Assembly: GCA_963823655.1 (NCBI GenBank)
Contig: CAWGMK010000002.1
Span: forward strand, 1-64,000
DNA length: 64,000 bases
From: an uncultured Bacillota bacterium
GTDB taxonomy: Bacteria; Bacillota; DTU025; MWDF01
Direction: 5' to 3'
Under the pieces are notes generated by a model that ran no database searches, had not been told where the DNA came from, and was given only the letters and a program-made list of their open reading frames with translations. The translations under genes were made by a program, and so were the position numbers. Positions 19,901 to 29,396 of this stretch are shown here, one piece after another (within the stretch, counting starts at the first letter, position 1; each line of letters begins with the position of its first letter).

Positions 19901-21060
19901 TCACGACACTAAATACCGTAAATACCTACAGCTATTCCTTCAACCGTCAGCTGCGCGACGAGCTGACCGATTACTCCCGTTACGATGTGACGATCAGCTA
20001 CGGCAACGCGCTCAATTACCGTCTGGATTACACCGACCTCCAGGTGAAGCGCTACAGCTCACCCGATAAGATGGCCAGCGGTACAGTGAGCGGCATGACC
20101 CATGACGGTCCCATCAAGGGCGAAATCACCTTCAAAGCCCTGACCATACCCAGCAGCGGCTACGTCTTGGATATGCTGCTCTACGTGCCGGAAACTGCAC
20201 CGGACAGCAAGATCCCCGTGGTCACAATATGGCACGGCGCTTCTCAGACCGCCAACCTCTTCATGGACTCCACCATGTGGTGGCAGGTAGCGGCGGAGAA
20301 CGGCTTTGCACTGGTCTCTTCCACCCGTACCAACGCCCCTGGCACCGGCAACATGCCCACGGGCCACACAAACTCCGACCTGTTCCTCGCGGTGCTTGCT
20401 CTCCTGGAAGCCGACGGGCGCTTTGACATGAACCGTGTCTACGCCACCGGCCAGTCCGCAGGCAGCAGCCTTACCGCAAGCCTGGCAGTGGCCAACAGCG
20501 ATCGGCTTGCAGCCGTATTCCCCAGCAATGCCGGCACGCCTAGCCCCTTCTCGGGCGGGCTGCCCATCCCCTCCGGCGTAGTCATCGGAGAGGGCAACAG
20601 CGGCAGCCAGGGCATCCCTGGCGCAACAGCGGAACAGCTTGCTAACGTGAAGATGTATCTGGCTGCCACCGTGGATGCTGAGGGCAAACCCAGCGGCATG
20701 GCCAAGTGGATTGCCTATTACACCGACGCCAACGGCTTGAATGCAAGCAATCTCAGCCGCTACATCAAGTACAGCGGCAGCAATGCTCTAAACGGCGGCA
20801 CGAATACGGACATAGGCACCATTGCCCAGTGGGATGACAATGGCGCCAGGTTCCGTACCTTCACATGGACCAACTCCGCCGGCATCCCGGTCATGCAATT
20901 CGTGATGACTCTGTACGAGGCCCACAACAATATCGCAGCCCATGCTGGGATGATGTGGGAATTCATGAAGCACTACAGCGTGGATCTGAAAACGGGCATC
21001 CGTTACTACAGCAATTCCGTATTCGAGGTCAATGACTCGAAGGTCATCACGCGCCCATAG
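16933..21060 (+). CDS. Secreted 1375-aa protein: two tandem modules, each a degenerate alpha/beta-hydrolase domain plus a PHB-depolymerase/LpqC-like esterase domain
   Basis: Signal peptide ending AFA; RBS AAGGAG; WHGASQT, D.SRIYATGQSAG / NRVYATGQSAG nucleophile elbows, EAHNN His and MWDFMKHYS, each twice; GYGAG pseudo-elbows twice. Confidence 0.8.
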   Translation: MKQRWFIVLLAVMLALAVTVPAFAAEILAKPKNLAVEPVPVRDLKEANQLPTTGYFYSALDGAFVNREVRWYIPATAVLRPYFHFIAVPDKVDVDSWLVSSGWAQIADETGECLYLLLPNQTTGVWGNLADEKAYIDAAKAKHGGVGTYFTTFGVFYLEGYGAGAAPLEAWAAENPNLVIAQAFVNRASIGASALANLGSVSFGWAHMTDGDRNLIIDRQQALVQMATRLQDLVNKNNRDFEGLLEKDDMPVPTWLVNYNGVESLNYWKTVNKATAAAADITLTSFGGIAATGSVYNQKADTWATEFAGRISKVTAITINGDSTNTYAFNKELRNQLTDYSRYDVSISYGNALNYRLDYTAIQVERFASAKKEATGTVSAKVRNYAEPVKGQVTIKTLTLPTGYVMDVLLYVPETAGYRNIPVVTVWHGASQTSNLFMDSTMWWQVAAENGFAIFLQTRTASPGTGNLPSSTNQVMFAAMRDYLAADGRFDMSRIYATGQSAGGNATNSLAMDAVTNKQIAAAFPSNFPGSLGTDAASYQSMPIGLAIGEGNYSNRGIPGYATAADAKAAGADILWDSIGTDAAPTGMPKWINYYTTANSLDDDNLLPIIKYSGGNALNGGAKGNKVGDISDWNSSMARYRTFTWANDDGYPVMEYVFTLYEAHNNIAGHAEIMWDFMKHYSLDTKTGVRYYDNNALKGDMEAKNLAVEPSPVRDPKEGNQLSLSGYFYAALEGNFATREVRWYVPDTAVLRPYFHFIAVPDSVDVDKWIVTSGWKRIADETGECLYILLPDQATGKWGELEAEKAYIAAAKDKHGGVSGFFTTFGVFYLEGYGAGAAPLEAWAAENPHLVISQAFINGKSVGKSPLEALGAISYGFNHMGDGDRAAVSETDTRQRRLVQMAKRLEGVVNPNKADGTSGLLEKDDMPIPTWLVNYSAVDSLNYWKFVNKATDDTADGTVISFGGTAATGMVFKQKADTWATEYAGRISKVTTLNTVNTYSYSFNRQLRDELTDYSRYDVTISYGNALNYRLDYTDLQVKRYSSPDKMASGTVSGMTHDGPIKGEITFKALTIPSSGYVLDMLLYVPETAPDSKIPVVTIWHGASQTANLFMDSTMWWQVAAENGFALVSSTRTNAPGTGNMPTGHTNSDLFLAVLALLEADGRFDMNRVYATGQSAGSSLTASLAVANSDRLAAVFPSNAGTPSPFSGGLPIPSGVVIGEGNSGSQGIPGATAEQLANVKMYLAATVDAEGKPSGMAKWIAYYTDANGLNASNLSRYIKYSGSNALNGGTNTDIGTIAQWDDNGARFRTFTWTNSAGIPVMQFVMTLYEAHNNIAAHAGMMWEFMKHYSVDLKTGIRYYSNSVFEVNDSKVITRP
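17026..21010 (+). repeat. Intragenic tandem duplication, offset 2016 nt (672 aa)
   Basis: KNLAVEP starts at 17026 and again at 19042; long shared blocks such as REVRWY.P.TAVLRPYFHFIAVPD and NLFMDSTMWWQVAAENGFA. Confidence 0.92.
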
Positions 21061-21180
21061 CTAAGAACCCGGACGGCGTTATGGAACCCGCACCGTGACC
21101 TTCGGTTAAAGACGACCCTTCCCGATCTAGAGTCTTACTTGATTTGGGAGGGGAGCGAAATCTGCGAAACCAAATAACCC

Positions 21181-21218
21181 AGGGACTGCCCCATTGTTTC
21201 GGGGCAGTCCCTTCATTT
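21181..21218 (+). terminator. Terminator hairpin after the large esterase gene
   Basis: AGGGACTGCCCC-loop-GGGGCAGTCCCT then TCATTT. Confidence 0.7.
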
Positions 21219-21449
21219 AGAGCAAGCGTTAGTTGCCCGCGGTTATCATCCTTTTGCGGACCATTCTGCTTTTAACTGACATCAAAGGTGGTACCGGTTC
21301 TCCGGGTTAAAGCCATATGTTCTCCAAGAGCGCTAAAACCCGGAGCCACAAATGGGGAAATAAGGAACCTCCTAAGAACCATCGAAATGCTCAAAGGAGG
21401 TTCTCTTTCGCTCATATTGCGGATAATACGCCTAATGGATCTATGCGGG

Positions 21450-23290
21450 CTACTTCACGAGCTGTCCTTCAAAGTACCTGTTGCCCGCATCATCCCTGTC
21501 CCACTTGGAGAACCAATCCTCCCAGAATGTCCAGTTGCTGTCCACGCTTACATTGTGCGGCCTGCCTGCCGTCACGCTGTAGACGAAAAGCGGGATGCGC
21601 TGGTTATTGGTCCAGCTATACACCATAGTGCGCTCAAGGATTCCCACGCCGGCCCTGATTTCGTCCGGGTGGTCCACATCGGCCAGGCCATTCCTCTTCA
21701 GCCAGTATGTAACTATGGTCCTGAGTCCGCCTTCCACTGAAAGCAGGTAATTGCCGTTGTCATTCTCGCCGTAGCTCAGGAAGAAGGGGAGAGGGGACGT
21801 TGCTGCGCCTTCGAACGGGTTGGTCGATGCACCTGATCCGCCCATTGCCGTGAAGTACTCCGGCATCCTGTAAGCCATGCCGTGGCAGAACATCGAGCCG
21901 TTGGAATGTCCAACTGCAAAGCGCCTGTGCGGGTCGATGTCATACTGCGATTCCACTTCCACCATCAGCTGCTTCATGAAGTTGAAGTCGTTCGCCCTGA
22001 CATCAAGCGTCGTGTTGTCGAAGTTCCATCTCGTCTCCAGCGGCGTGCCCGAGGAATACTGTGAGCAGGGCACTACCACTATGAAGCCATATTTGTCCGC
22101 CACTTCCCACCAGCGCGTAATGTCGAAGAACAGCCTGTCTGGCTGGCTGCCTCCGGCGAATACGTAGACCACCGGCGCGCCGGCCGGGAATATGGCTGCG
22201 GAATTCTTCGGGACATAGACCATGTACTCGCGTTTCCATACCTGGCCATCATCCTCGACAACGATCATGTTCTTGATAGCAACGCCCAATCTCCTGTAAT
22301 CGGGCCTGACACCAAGGACGTTGCCGAATGCGGACGTGTTGTCATAGCGGGTGTAGAAGGACATGAATTTGTAGACATGCCAGGTAAAGTTCTTGTCGTC
22401 ATACCTGACCTTCTTCTCCAACAGGGCTACCTTCGACACAGGCTCGCTGTAGCTTGTAGACATCCTTGTGGAATCCGCCTTCTGGTTGAAGACCTTGCCG
22501 TATATGGCATCAGCTTCTCCTCAGCGACCACATCGTTTGCGCCTTTCCAGTAGCTGATGAGATTCGCCACATTCGAGGCCTTCTGGTTGACGAACCATAC
22601 CGGAACAGGCACTTCGTTATAAGGCACTACGTTATATCTCGGATCCATGGCCACGGGCGTGAACTTGGGCTTGAGCTCGAACTTCAAAGCCCCGATCGCC
22701 GCCAGGTTGTCCAGGTCCTTCGTGTCGATGAACACTGCGCTTATGACATACAGCGGATTGTTCGCCACGTAATCCTGCAAAGCCGTACCGCCTGTGCCGT
22801 AACCGGCTATGTAGTTGACTCCATGCGTAGAGTAGAACTTCTTGCCTTCCATAACGGCCAGGGCTGCTTTGATATAGGGGGCTTCCGCCTTGATGTCTCC
22901 CCATGCTCCGGTCGCCGGATTGGGCTCGAGGACGAAGAGGCCTTCCTTCCTGGCTTCGGCGACTTCAATCCATCCGCTCTTCAGCAAGAAATCCTCCGTA
23001 TTCCAGCCATCCGGGACGCTGATTACCGTAAAGTAGCCGCGAATGGGCATGCCCTGAGGTATGAAGACCTTCGCCGACCTCTTTACCTCGCCTACCAGGA
23101 CCTCCTGGAAGAAGTATCCGTTCACCGGCAGGGCGTTGCCAAGGGTCGTGACGATAGGAGGCGGCGTCTTTCCTGCATATATCTGGGCAACCAGTGTCTC
23201 GGTCTTGTCTTCGGCCGCCGATAATCCGGTTACCACCATGCAAAGAAGCAATGCAAGGAACAGTGCTGCTAACTTACTAGAATGTCTCAT
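21450..23290 (-). CDS. Secreted single-module homolog of the 1375-aa protein (pseudo-hydrolase plus PHB-depolymerase-like esterase), frameshifted near 22500
   Basis: ORF 22427..23290 (signal peptide, LPVNGYF, SGWIEVA, GYGTGG, PVPVW, YWK) continues in 21450..22463 (YTRYD, FAGGSQP, WWEVADKYGF, GHSNG, YGEND, RPHN). Confidence 0.8.
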
Positions 23291-23512
23291 ATGGGTCTCC
23301 TTTCAACATCATAGATTTTGTTTGCTGCAACTAAAGCCGCCTACACCCTCCCTCCCGATAATTATGAAGTTACACGCGAAATCACAGCTTAAAGCCATGA
23401 AGCACGACCAACCAAGTGACTAAAGTGACCAAAACGACTCCGAAGATCGGCGTTTGCAGATGGAACAGGGGCGGACGGCCTTCACATCGGATCCGTCGCC
23501 AACCATCGCCAA

Positions 23513-23537
23513 GGTGATATACCATCGATATATCACC
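23513..23537. promoter_or_regulatory. Palindromic operator, copy B
   Basis: GGTGATATA-CCATCGA-TATATCACC, perfect 9-bp arms, about 220 nt upstream of the 23290 start. Confidence 0.7.
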
Positions 23538-23687
23538 TGCTATATATTTAGACACAGGAAGGTGAAAAATCCTTCCGTTAGATAAGCAGAATGAAGAAAT
23601 ATTCATGGGGAGTATATAGAGCGAAGATGAAATACATCTGCGCCTGGAAAGCTGTTTGCAGGATGCTATCGCCAGCTACATCAAGTA

Positions 23688-24012
23688 TCAGCTTACTTTA
23701 GCTACAAGGGCACTTTCAGCATTGACCAGTTCAATTGCCTCTTTGCCGGTCATGTGCTCCACGTCTATTGCGACTATGCATGACTGCTTACAATCGGAAA
23801 TCGCCTTGAGTTTGGCCGCTTCAGGCTGATCCCCCGAATACTTCTCGACAAGGGCTGCAAATGCCTCATTCCATTCGTAGCCCTCAACAAGCCTTGCCCT
23901 GCCGAAAGCAATGATGCTGCGGAAATAGGAGGTATATTCATTTGCTTACCACCCTGTCTTCGTCAAGACCGCAAAAGACACCTTGGGATCTCCTCGCGAT
24001 GGCATCGATAAT
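23688..24012 (-). pseudogene. Pyridoxamine 5'-phosphate oxidase-like (NimA-type flavin-binding) gene remnant, 5'-truncated
   Basis: Manual minus-strand translation across shifts: IDAIAR..DPKVSFAV.DEDRVVS..YTSYFRSIIAFGRARLVEG...LVEKYS...IVAIDVEHMTGKEAIELV; no N-terminal half recognisable. Confidence 0.72.
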
Positions 24013-24587
24013 GGATGGCACTGCCTTTATCCTGTTCTTCGGAAGGGTATGCTGTGAAGTCCCCTCAAGGAACTTCACTTGCACCTTCTCGCATTTGCTT
24101 AAGAGGGAAGATAGCACGCGCTTAGGGTATCGCTCAAGCTCTCGGACACGAAAAGTCTTCCATTCAGTGCACCTCCCAGAATCCATCTCATGATCCTTGC
24201 CAACTACGATACTCGATATTAGCTTGAATTCTACTCAAATCTGCTGAATGATTACGCTAGCCTCGCATTTGGAAGAATTACCTTTAGGCTTATTAAGTGC
24301 ATAAGCCTCGATCACTGATAGAAAGAATGGTGCGCTAACCTCAAATAAGCATTACAATCGCTAGTCAATATCAGTTTTAGGCCGGAATTTCGCCCCAACA
24401 TCCAATAGCAGGCAATGAGGGGGGTCTTCAAGCTGGGACTTACCTACGAGGCTAATTTGATTGTACGGATCATCTTCATGATGGCATATGATAAATACAG
24501 CTTATATAATAGTTCGATTGGCGAAGGAATATCCGAACATTTATCAAATATACTAATCATCTCCAGTAAAACGGCGGAGGTGATTGC

Positions 24588-25241
24588 ATGAAAACGGCAA
24601 AGGCGATACTGATTTCAACGATAGTCCTTCTATTGGTACTCAGCAGCGGGTGCATGCCGAAGAAATGGAGCTACGACTTCACATCGGCTACCGCAACTTT
24701 AGAAGACTGGTACGCCAAATTATTCAACACCTACAGACTGGACGATGACGGCTTGTGCCTCAGCAAGGCTACGATTACTACCCCCGTCTACTTCACAGGG
24801 GATATTTCCATAAAGATAGTCTTCGAGTTGGATGTTTCTGAGGCAACAACCGGCTCATTGGAGTTGGGCATCTCCGACGACAAGGATTGGGGAGGGAATA
24901 ATAAAACCTGGGCGACTCTTTTTGACATTGGTAATGAGGCGGATGAGTATTGGAAGCTGGGCGATTATGGCAGCGGTGATCAGTCGGATCATGTTTTTAA
25001 CGAACCCATCCCCAATCTGGATCGTGATGGCAGCAACGTGTTGGAGTTTAAAAGGATCGGGACCAAAGTATCTTTAAAGATTAACGGGGATATCGTCGAT
25101 GAAATCGACCTGGTATACTTCGATATCAACACTGACAGATTCTTCCCGACGCTTTCGGCGGAAGGAGCGATCGGTACGATCACGTTTAAAAGCTTTGAGG
25201 TAAGCTATAGCGGCGAAGTGTCGGAGGAATGGCCGGTTTAA
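24588..25241 (+). CDS. Lipoprotein paralog 2
   Basis: Lipobox LSSGC; KKWSYDF, TTPVYFTGD, IPNLDRDGSN, FFPT, EEWPV. SigH-like GAAGGAATA-N11-ATCAAAT at 24523-24549. Confidence 0.82.
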   Translation: MKTAKAILISTIVLLLVLSSGCMPKKWSYDFTSATATLEDWYAKLFNTYRLDDDGLCLSKATITTPVYFTGDISIKIVFELDVSEATTGSLELGISDDKDWGGNNKTWATLFDIGNEADEYWKLGDYGSGDQSDHVFNEPIPNLDRDGSNVLEFKRIGTKVSLKINGDIVDEIDLVYFDINTDRFFPTLSAEGAIGTITFKSFEVSYSGEVSEEWPV

Positions 25242-25546
25242 AAGCATCAATGCTGCTATGATAGAACCTCGGTCAAACTGAAGCACACAAAGTCCAAATA
25301 CGGGTTATTGAAGCTCCAGGCTGCTACTGGATACAACATCGGTTGGTCATAGTAGCAGCCTCTCCTTATGTGCCCATCAGGGCAACTTAAGGCATGGTTT
25401 CTACGGTGTACAGCGCAATCGAAATTGACCGCTGGCTTAAAGAAAATCGTAATAATCCGAAAAGATAATATTCGATTATCGAAGGAATATACTGGATATC
25501 TATCAAATATACTAATCATCTCCAATTAAATGACGGAGGTGATTGC

Positions 25547-26207
25547 ATGAAAACGGCCAAAGCGTTATTGATCTCAGCTATAGTCCTGTTATTGGTCCTC
25601 AGCAGCGGGTGCCTGCCGAAGAAATGGAGCTACGACTTCACGTCGGCGACTGCAACAATAGATGACTGGTACTTCTACTTATCAGCTATCAGGAGACTAT
25701 AGGCTGGACGAAGCCGGATTATGCCTTGATGATGCGTATATAACGACTCCCGTCTACTTCAACGGGGAAATGTCTGTCAAGATCGTCTTTGAGCTGGACG
25801 TGTCCGAGTTGTCAACCGCTTTTATAGAGTTCGGCATCTCTGACGGCATACTTTGGAACGGAAATAACGAAACCTGGGCAGGCTTATGGGACATCGGCAA
25901 TGAGATGGAGGAAGGTTGGAAACTCGGCGACTATGGATGGGGAGAGCAGGAAGACCATGAACACGAAGAGCCTATCCCGAACCTTAACCGCGATGGCAGC
26001 AACACGGTTGAATTCAAGAGGATCGGGAACACGGTATTGCTTTACATAAATGGAGACAAAATCGGTGAAGCCGACCTAATATACTTCGACATCCACACGG
26101 ATGGGTTCTTCCCGACGATCTCCTGTAAAGGAGCGATCGGTACGCTAACAATAAAAAGCGTCGAGGTAAGGTACAACGGTGGCATATCGGAGGAATGGCC
26201 GGTTTAG
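25547..26207 (+). CDS. Lipoprotein paralog 3, frameshifted near 25675
   Basis: MKTAKALLISAIVLLLVLSSGCLPKKWSYDF from ATG 25547 joins ORF 25662..26207; collinear with paralog 2. SigH-like GAAGGAATA-N12-ATCAAAT at 25481-25508. Confidence 0.8.
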
Positions 26208-26542
26208 CAAGCATCAGATGCCGAAGTTCAACTGATAACATGTGATCGAGGATTGAATGCAACAAATATCCACATCGGTTAATTGAAGCTCCGGGCTGCT
26301 ACTGGATAACGACTTCGGTTGTTGACAGCGGCGCATTCCTCATGTATCTCACCAGCCTTTATCAAGCACATTTCTTAATATGACTTTAGCTGCCCCAGAT
26401 CCAAACAACGAGTGCTGGTGACAGAAATAGTACGGCAATTTCGCAGAAATGCCGATATCCGTGGAGGAAGACAGGCTTATACTGTTGAACAGAATGCTGA
26501 ATCCCAAATTACCGAGGGCTTTAGCGCCAAAAGGAGACATAG

Positions 26543-26740
26543 ATGGATAAGATCATTGAATACTTGCCGTTTCTCATTCCCCTGATAATCATCGAGCTTG
26601 CGCTGACCGTGACTGCGCTGGTACATGTGCTCAGGCACAAGAACTACCGCTTCGGGACCAGGACATTCTGGATCATCATGTGCTTCGTCCAGATCATCGG
26701 GCCGATCATCTACTTCGTCTTCGGCAGAAGTGAGGAATAA
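26543..26740 (+). CDS. PLDc_N domain small membrane protein (YxlE-like)
   Basis: Two TM helices with W..I.....IIGPIIYFVFGR; RBS AAGGAG; coupled to the ABC ATPase. Confidence 0.8.
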   Translation: MDKIIEYLPFLIPLIIIELALTVTALVHVLRHKNYRFGTRTFWIIMCFVQIIGPIIYFVFGRSEE

Positions 26741-27658
26741 TGGACGTCCTTCGCATAGACCATCTCCACAAAAGCTTCGGCGAAAACAAGGTCATCAACG
26801 ACCTGTCTTTCTCCGTGCCCGAAGGTTCGATATTCGGCTTCATAGGCCCTAATGGCGCAGGCAAGACCACGACCATGAAAATGGTGCTCGGGCTCTTGAA
26901 AGCGGACAGCGGCGATATCGCCGTATGCGGGGAGCCCGTGAGCTTCGGGCAGACCAAGACCAACAGGTTCGTCGGCTACCTTCCCGATGTGCCGGAGTTC
27001 TACGGCTATATGAAGCCGATGGAGTATTTGAGCCTCTGCGGCAAGATCACAGGGCTTACAAGCGCCTCAATAAAAAGCCGCGAGCGAGGAGCTTCTTCAT
27101 CTGGTAGGGCTCGAGAAGGCGAACAAGAGGATAGGCACTTTCTCCCGCGGGATGAAGCAGCGCCTTGGCATCGCGCAGGCGCTTTTAAACGAGCCGAAGC
27201 TTCTGATCTGCGACGAGCCGACTTCAGCGCTTGATCCTATCGGCAGGAAAGAGATCCTGGATATCCTGCAGCAGGTAAAGGGGAAGACAACCGTCATATT
27301 CTCCACCCACATCCTCTCGGACGTGGAACGGATTTGCGACAGGATATCGGTCCTTTACAACGGAAAGCTGGCCATATCAGGGACGCTTACCGAGCTGAAG
27401 GCGCAGCACAAGCGCGATGGCCTGCTGATAGAATTCGCGTCTAAATCTGATATGCAGCTCTTCCAACAGATCCCTCAGATCATTCCTCTGCTGGCAGACG
27501 CAGAGCAGGCCGATACCGGCATCATGCTTCATACGGGTGATGTCCGGGGATCAGAGGCGATAGTACTTGAGGCGCTCACACAGGAGCATTTGCTGCCCAT
27601 AAAACTTGAGGTGCTTGAGCCGACAATCGAAAGCCTCTTCATGGAGGTAGTGAAATGA
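26740..27658 (+). CDS. ABC-2 exporter ATP-binding protein (YxlF-like), frameshifted near 27080
   Basis: GPNGAGKTT in 26740..27234; FSRGMKQRLGIAQALL, CDEPTSALDP, STHILSDVE in the second frame. Confidence 0.87.
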
Positions 27659-28419
27659 GCGCATACATTGCCTTCGTAGGTAAGGAGTTCATGGAATACC
27701 TGCGCACATACAAGTTCTTCGCCCTGATCGCGGTGTTCCTGTTCTTCGGCTTCATGAACCCGATCACCGCCAAAATAATGCCGGAGCTTCTGGATTCGCT
27801 GATGCCCGAGGGCATGAGCATCAATCTCGGGACGCCGACGGCGCTGGATTCATGGGCGCAGTTCTTCAAGAACATATCGCAGATGGGCGCAATAGTGCTC
27901 GTCATCATACTAAGCGGAATACTGGCGAACGAACTGAGCCGCGGCACACTGATCAACATGCTTACCAAGGGTTTACCCAGGCCTACAGTCATACTCGCCA
28001 AGTTCACGGCGGCGGCTGCGACATGGACTTTGGCCTATGTGCTGTGCTTCGTCGTCACCTACGGCTATACTGCTTACTTCTGGAGCATGGACACGGTATC
28101 GAACCTGTTCCTGGCCGTTTTCGGCCTATGGCTGTTCTGCCTGCTTCTAATCGCCCTTCTGATCTTCGGAGGGGTGCTCTTGGGCAACATCTACGGCAGC
28201 CTGCTTATAACGGGCGGGGCGGTCGTACTGATGACGATACTCAACATCATACCCGCGGTGCAGAAGTTCAACCCGGTTACCCTATCATCAGGCAATATGG
28301 CGCTGCTGACGGCACAAAGGGCGGTCTCGGATTTCACTCCGGCGATTGCAGTTTGCACGCTTGCCATTGCTGCGCTCATCGCCGCATCGATCGTGCTGTT
28401 CAACAAGAAGCAGATATAG
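27655..28419 (+). CDS. ABC-2 exporter permease (YxlG-like)
   Basis: KEFMEYLRT, ELSRGTLINMLTKGLPR..VILAKF, six TM helices. Confidence 0.87.
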   Translation: MSAYIAFVGKEFMEYLRTYKFFALIAVFLFFGFMNPITAKIMPELLDSLMPEGMSINLGTPTALDSWAQFFKNISQMGAIVLVIILSGILANELSRGTLINMLTKGLPRPTVILAKFTAAAATWTLAYVLCFVVTYGYTAYFWSMDTVSNLFLAVFGLWLFCLLLIALLIFGGVLLGNIYGSLLITGGAVVLMTILNIIPAVQKFNPVTLSSGNMALLTAQRAVSDFTPAIAVCTLAIAALIAASIVLFNKKQI

Positions 28420-28703
28420 AGCGGCCCAGGGCGTTACGCAAAACAAGTAGAGGCGAAATTGAAACGCGAAGCGGTATGCCCGCGACAGGTTAATGCTAGC
28501 TCCTCTGATGATACTTCCTGACGACGGAAGCGGGTTTCGGGCGCTGTCGTGACAGCCGACATTCCCAAGAGGCGATTCTAAAAGGTCCTCTCGGCTGCCC
28601 TGCTGCTTTGGTTATGGCAGCAGCTTGGCTTGCTCTCCAATAACAAGCATTTGAGCCTCAAGTTGCCGGAATGTAATTGAACGTAAGTTATAAATCTCAT
28701 AAA

Positions 28704-28730
28704 GCAGGACAATAGTTGCAACAAGCGAAT
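28704..28730 (+). promoter_or_regulatory. SigH-like promoter of lipoprotein paralog 4
   Basis: GCAGGACAA-N11-AGCGAAT. Confidence 0.5.
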
Positions 28731-28754
28731 TAAATTCCTAAAGGAGGTGGGGGG

Positions 28755-29396
28755 ATGAAGGCTAAAAGGGCACTCTTGATGCTGATTACGATATCGTTAA
28801 TTCTGGTGCTCGGCGGCTGTACGAAGAAGTGGAGCGTTAACTTCGTTACTGCCCGGGATATCGATGACTGGTATCGAAGCGGTACTTACGAGCTTATTTC
28901 CGAAGGCTTGATTATTCCCAACGGCTCATATATAACAGCGCCTTACTATTGGTCCGGCGATTTCACCATAACGGTGAAGTTCAAGCTGGCAGCGACTGAT
29001 GTAAATAGGAATTTCTGTGCAATATGGGTCGGGAGCAGCCCATATTGGCGCCCGCTAAATATAATTTCGTTCCCATTTTACTATGGCGGTGGCTTGGCCC
29101 CTCAATATGATCTTTGGACTGATGGTGAATTTCACGATGAAGAGAAGATCAGCTCTTCGACATCAATAATTCCCGGAATGGTCAATAATGAAATCAATAC
29201 ATGGGTAATGAGCAAGACCGGAGGCTATTTTAAAGTCACTTTGAACGATGCTGTGATTGCGGAATGGATCAATGACGTGTATGATTCCGGTATCTTCCAT
29301 CTTTCGTTGAACTCAGTGATCACTACCGGCGACGAAGTCGTTTTTAAGAGCGTGAGCGTTGAGTACGAGAACGGGAACATGTCACCTGTTTTTTGA
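28755..29396 (+). CDS. Lipoprotein paralog 4
   Basis: Lipobox LGGC; KKWSVNF..DDWY, ITAPYYWSGDFTI, IPGM, FKSVSVEY; RBS AAGGAGG. Confidence 0.8.
   Translation: MKAKRALLMLITISLILVLGGCTKKWSVNFVTARDIDDWYRSGTYELISEGLIIPNGSYITAPYYWSGDFTITVKFKLAATDVNRNFCAIWVGSSPYWRPLNIISFPFYYGGGLAPQYDLWTDGEFHDEEKISSSTSIIPGMVNNEINTWVMSKTGGYFKVTLNDAVIAEWINDVYDSGIFHLSLNSVITTGDEVVFKSVSVEYENGNMSPVF

Larger units (their letters stand above)
24506..26346 (+). repeat. Diverged tandem duplication of a lipoprotein gene with its flanks (units about 24506-25370 and 25465-26346)
   Basis: Both copies share upstream TTCGATT..CGAAGGAATAT...TATCAAATATACTAATCATCTCCA...CGGAGGTGATTGCATGAAAACGGC and downstream ATTGAAGCTCC.GGCTGCTACTGGATA. 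Confidence 0.88.

Noticed and set aside
21284-21296. AAAGGTGGTACCG resembling a T-box core
   Set aside because: It lies between two convergent stop codons with no stem I and no downstream co-oriented gene.
23938-24186. 82-aa minus-strand ORF ending in TGA as a real gene or selenoprotein
   Set aside because: Only its tail belongs to the NimA-like remnant and the continuation is out of frame.
28420-28700. Possible riboswitch upstream of lipoprotein paralog 4
   Set aside because: Only short generic hairpins, no recognisable aptamer core, and the candidate promoter lies downstream of them.
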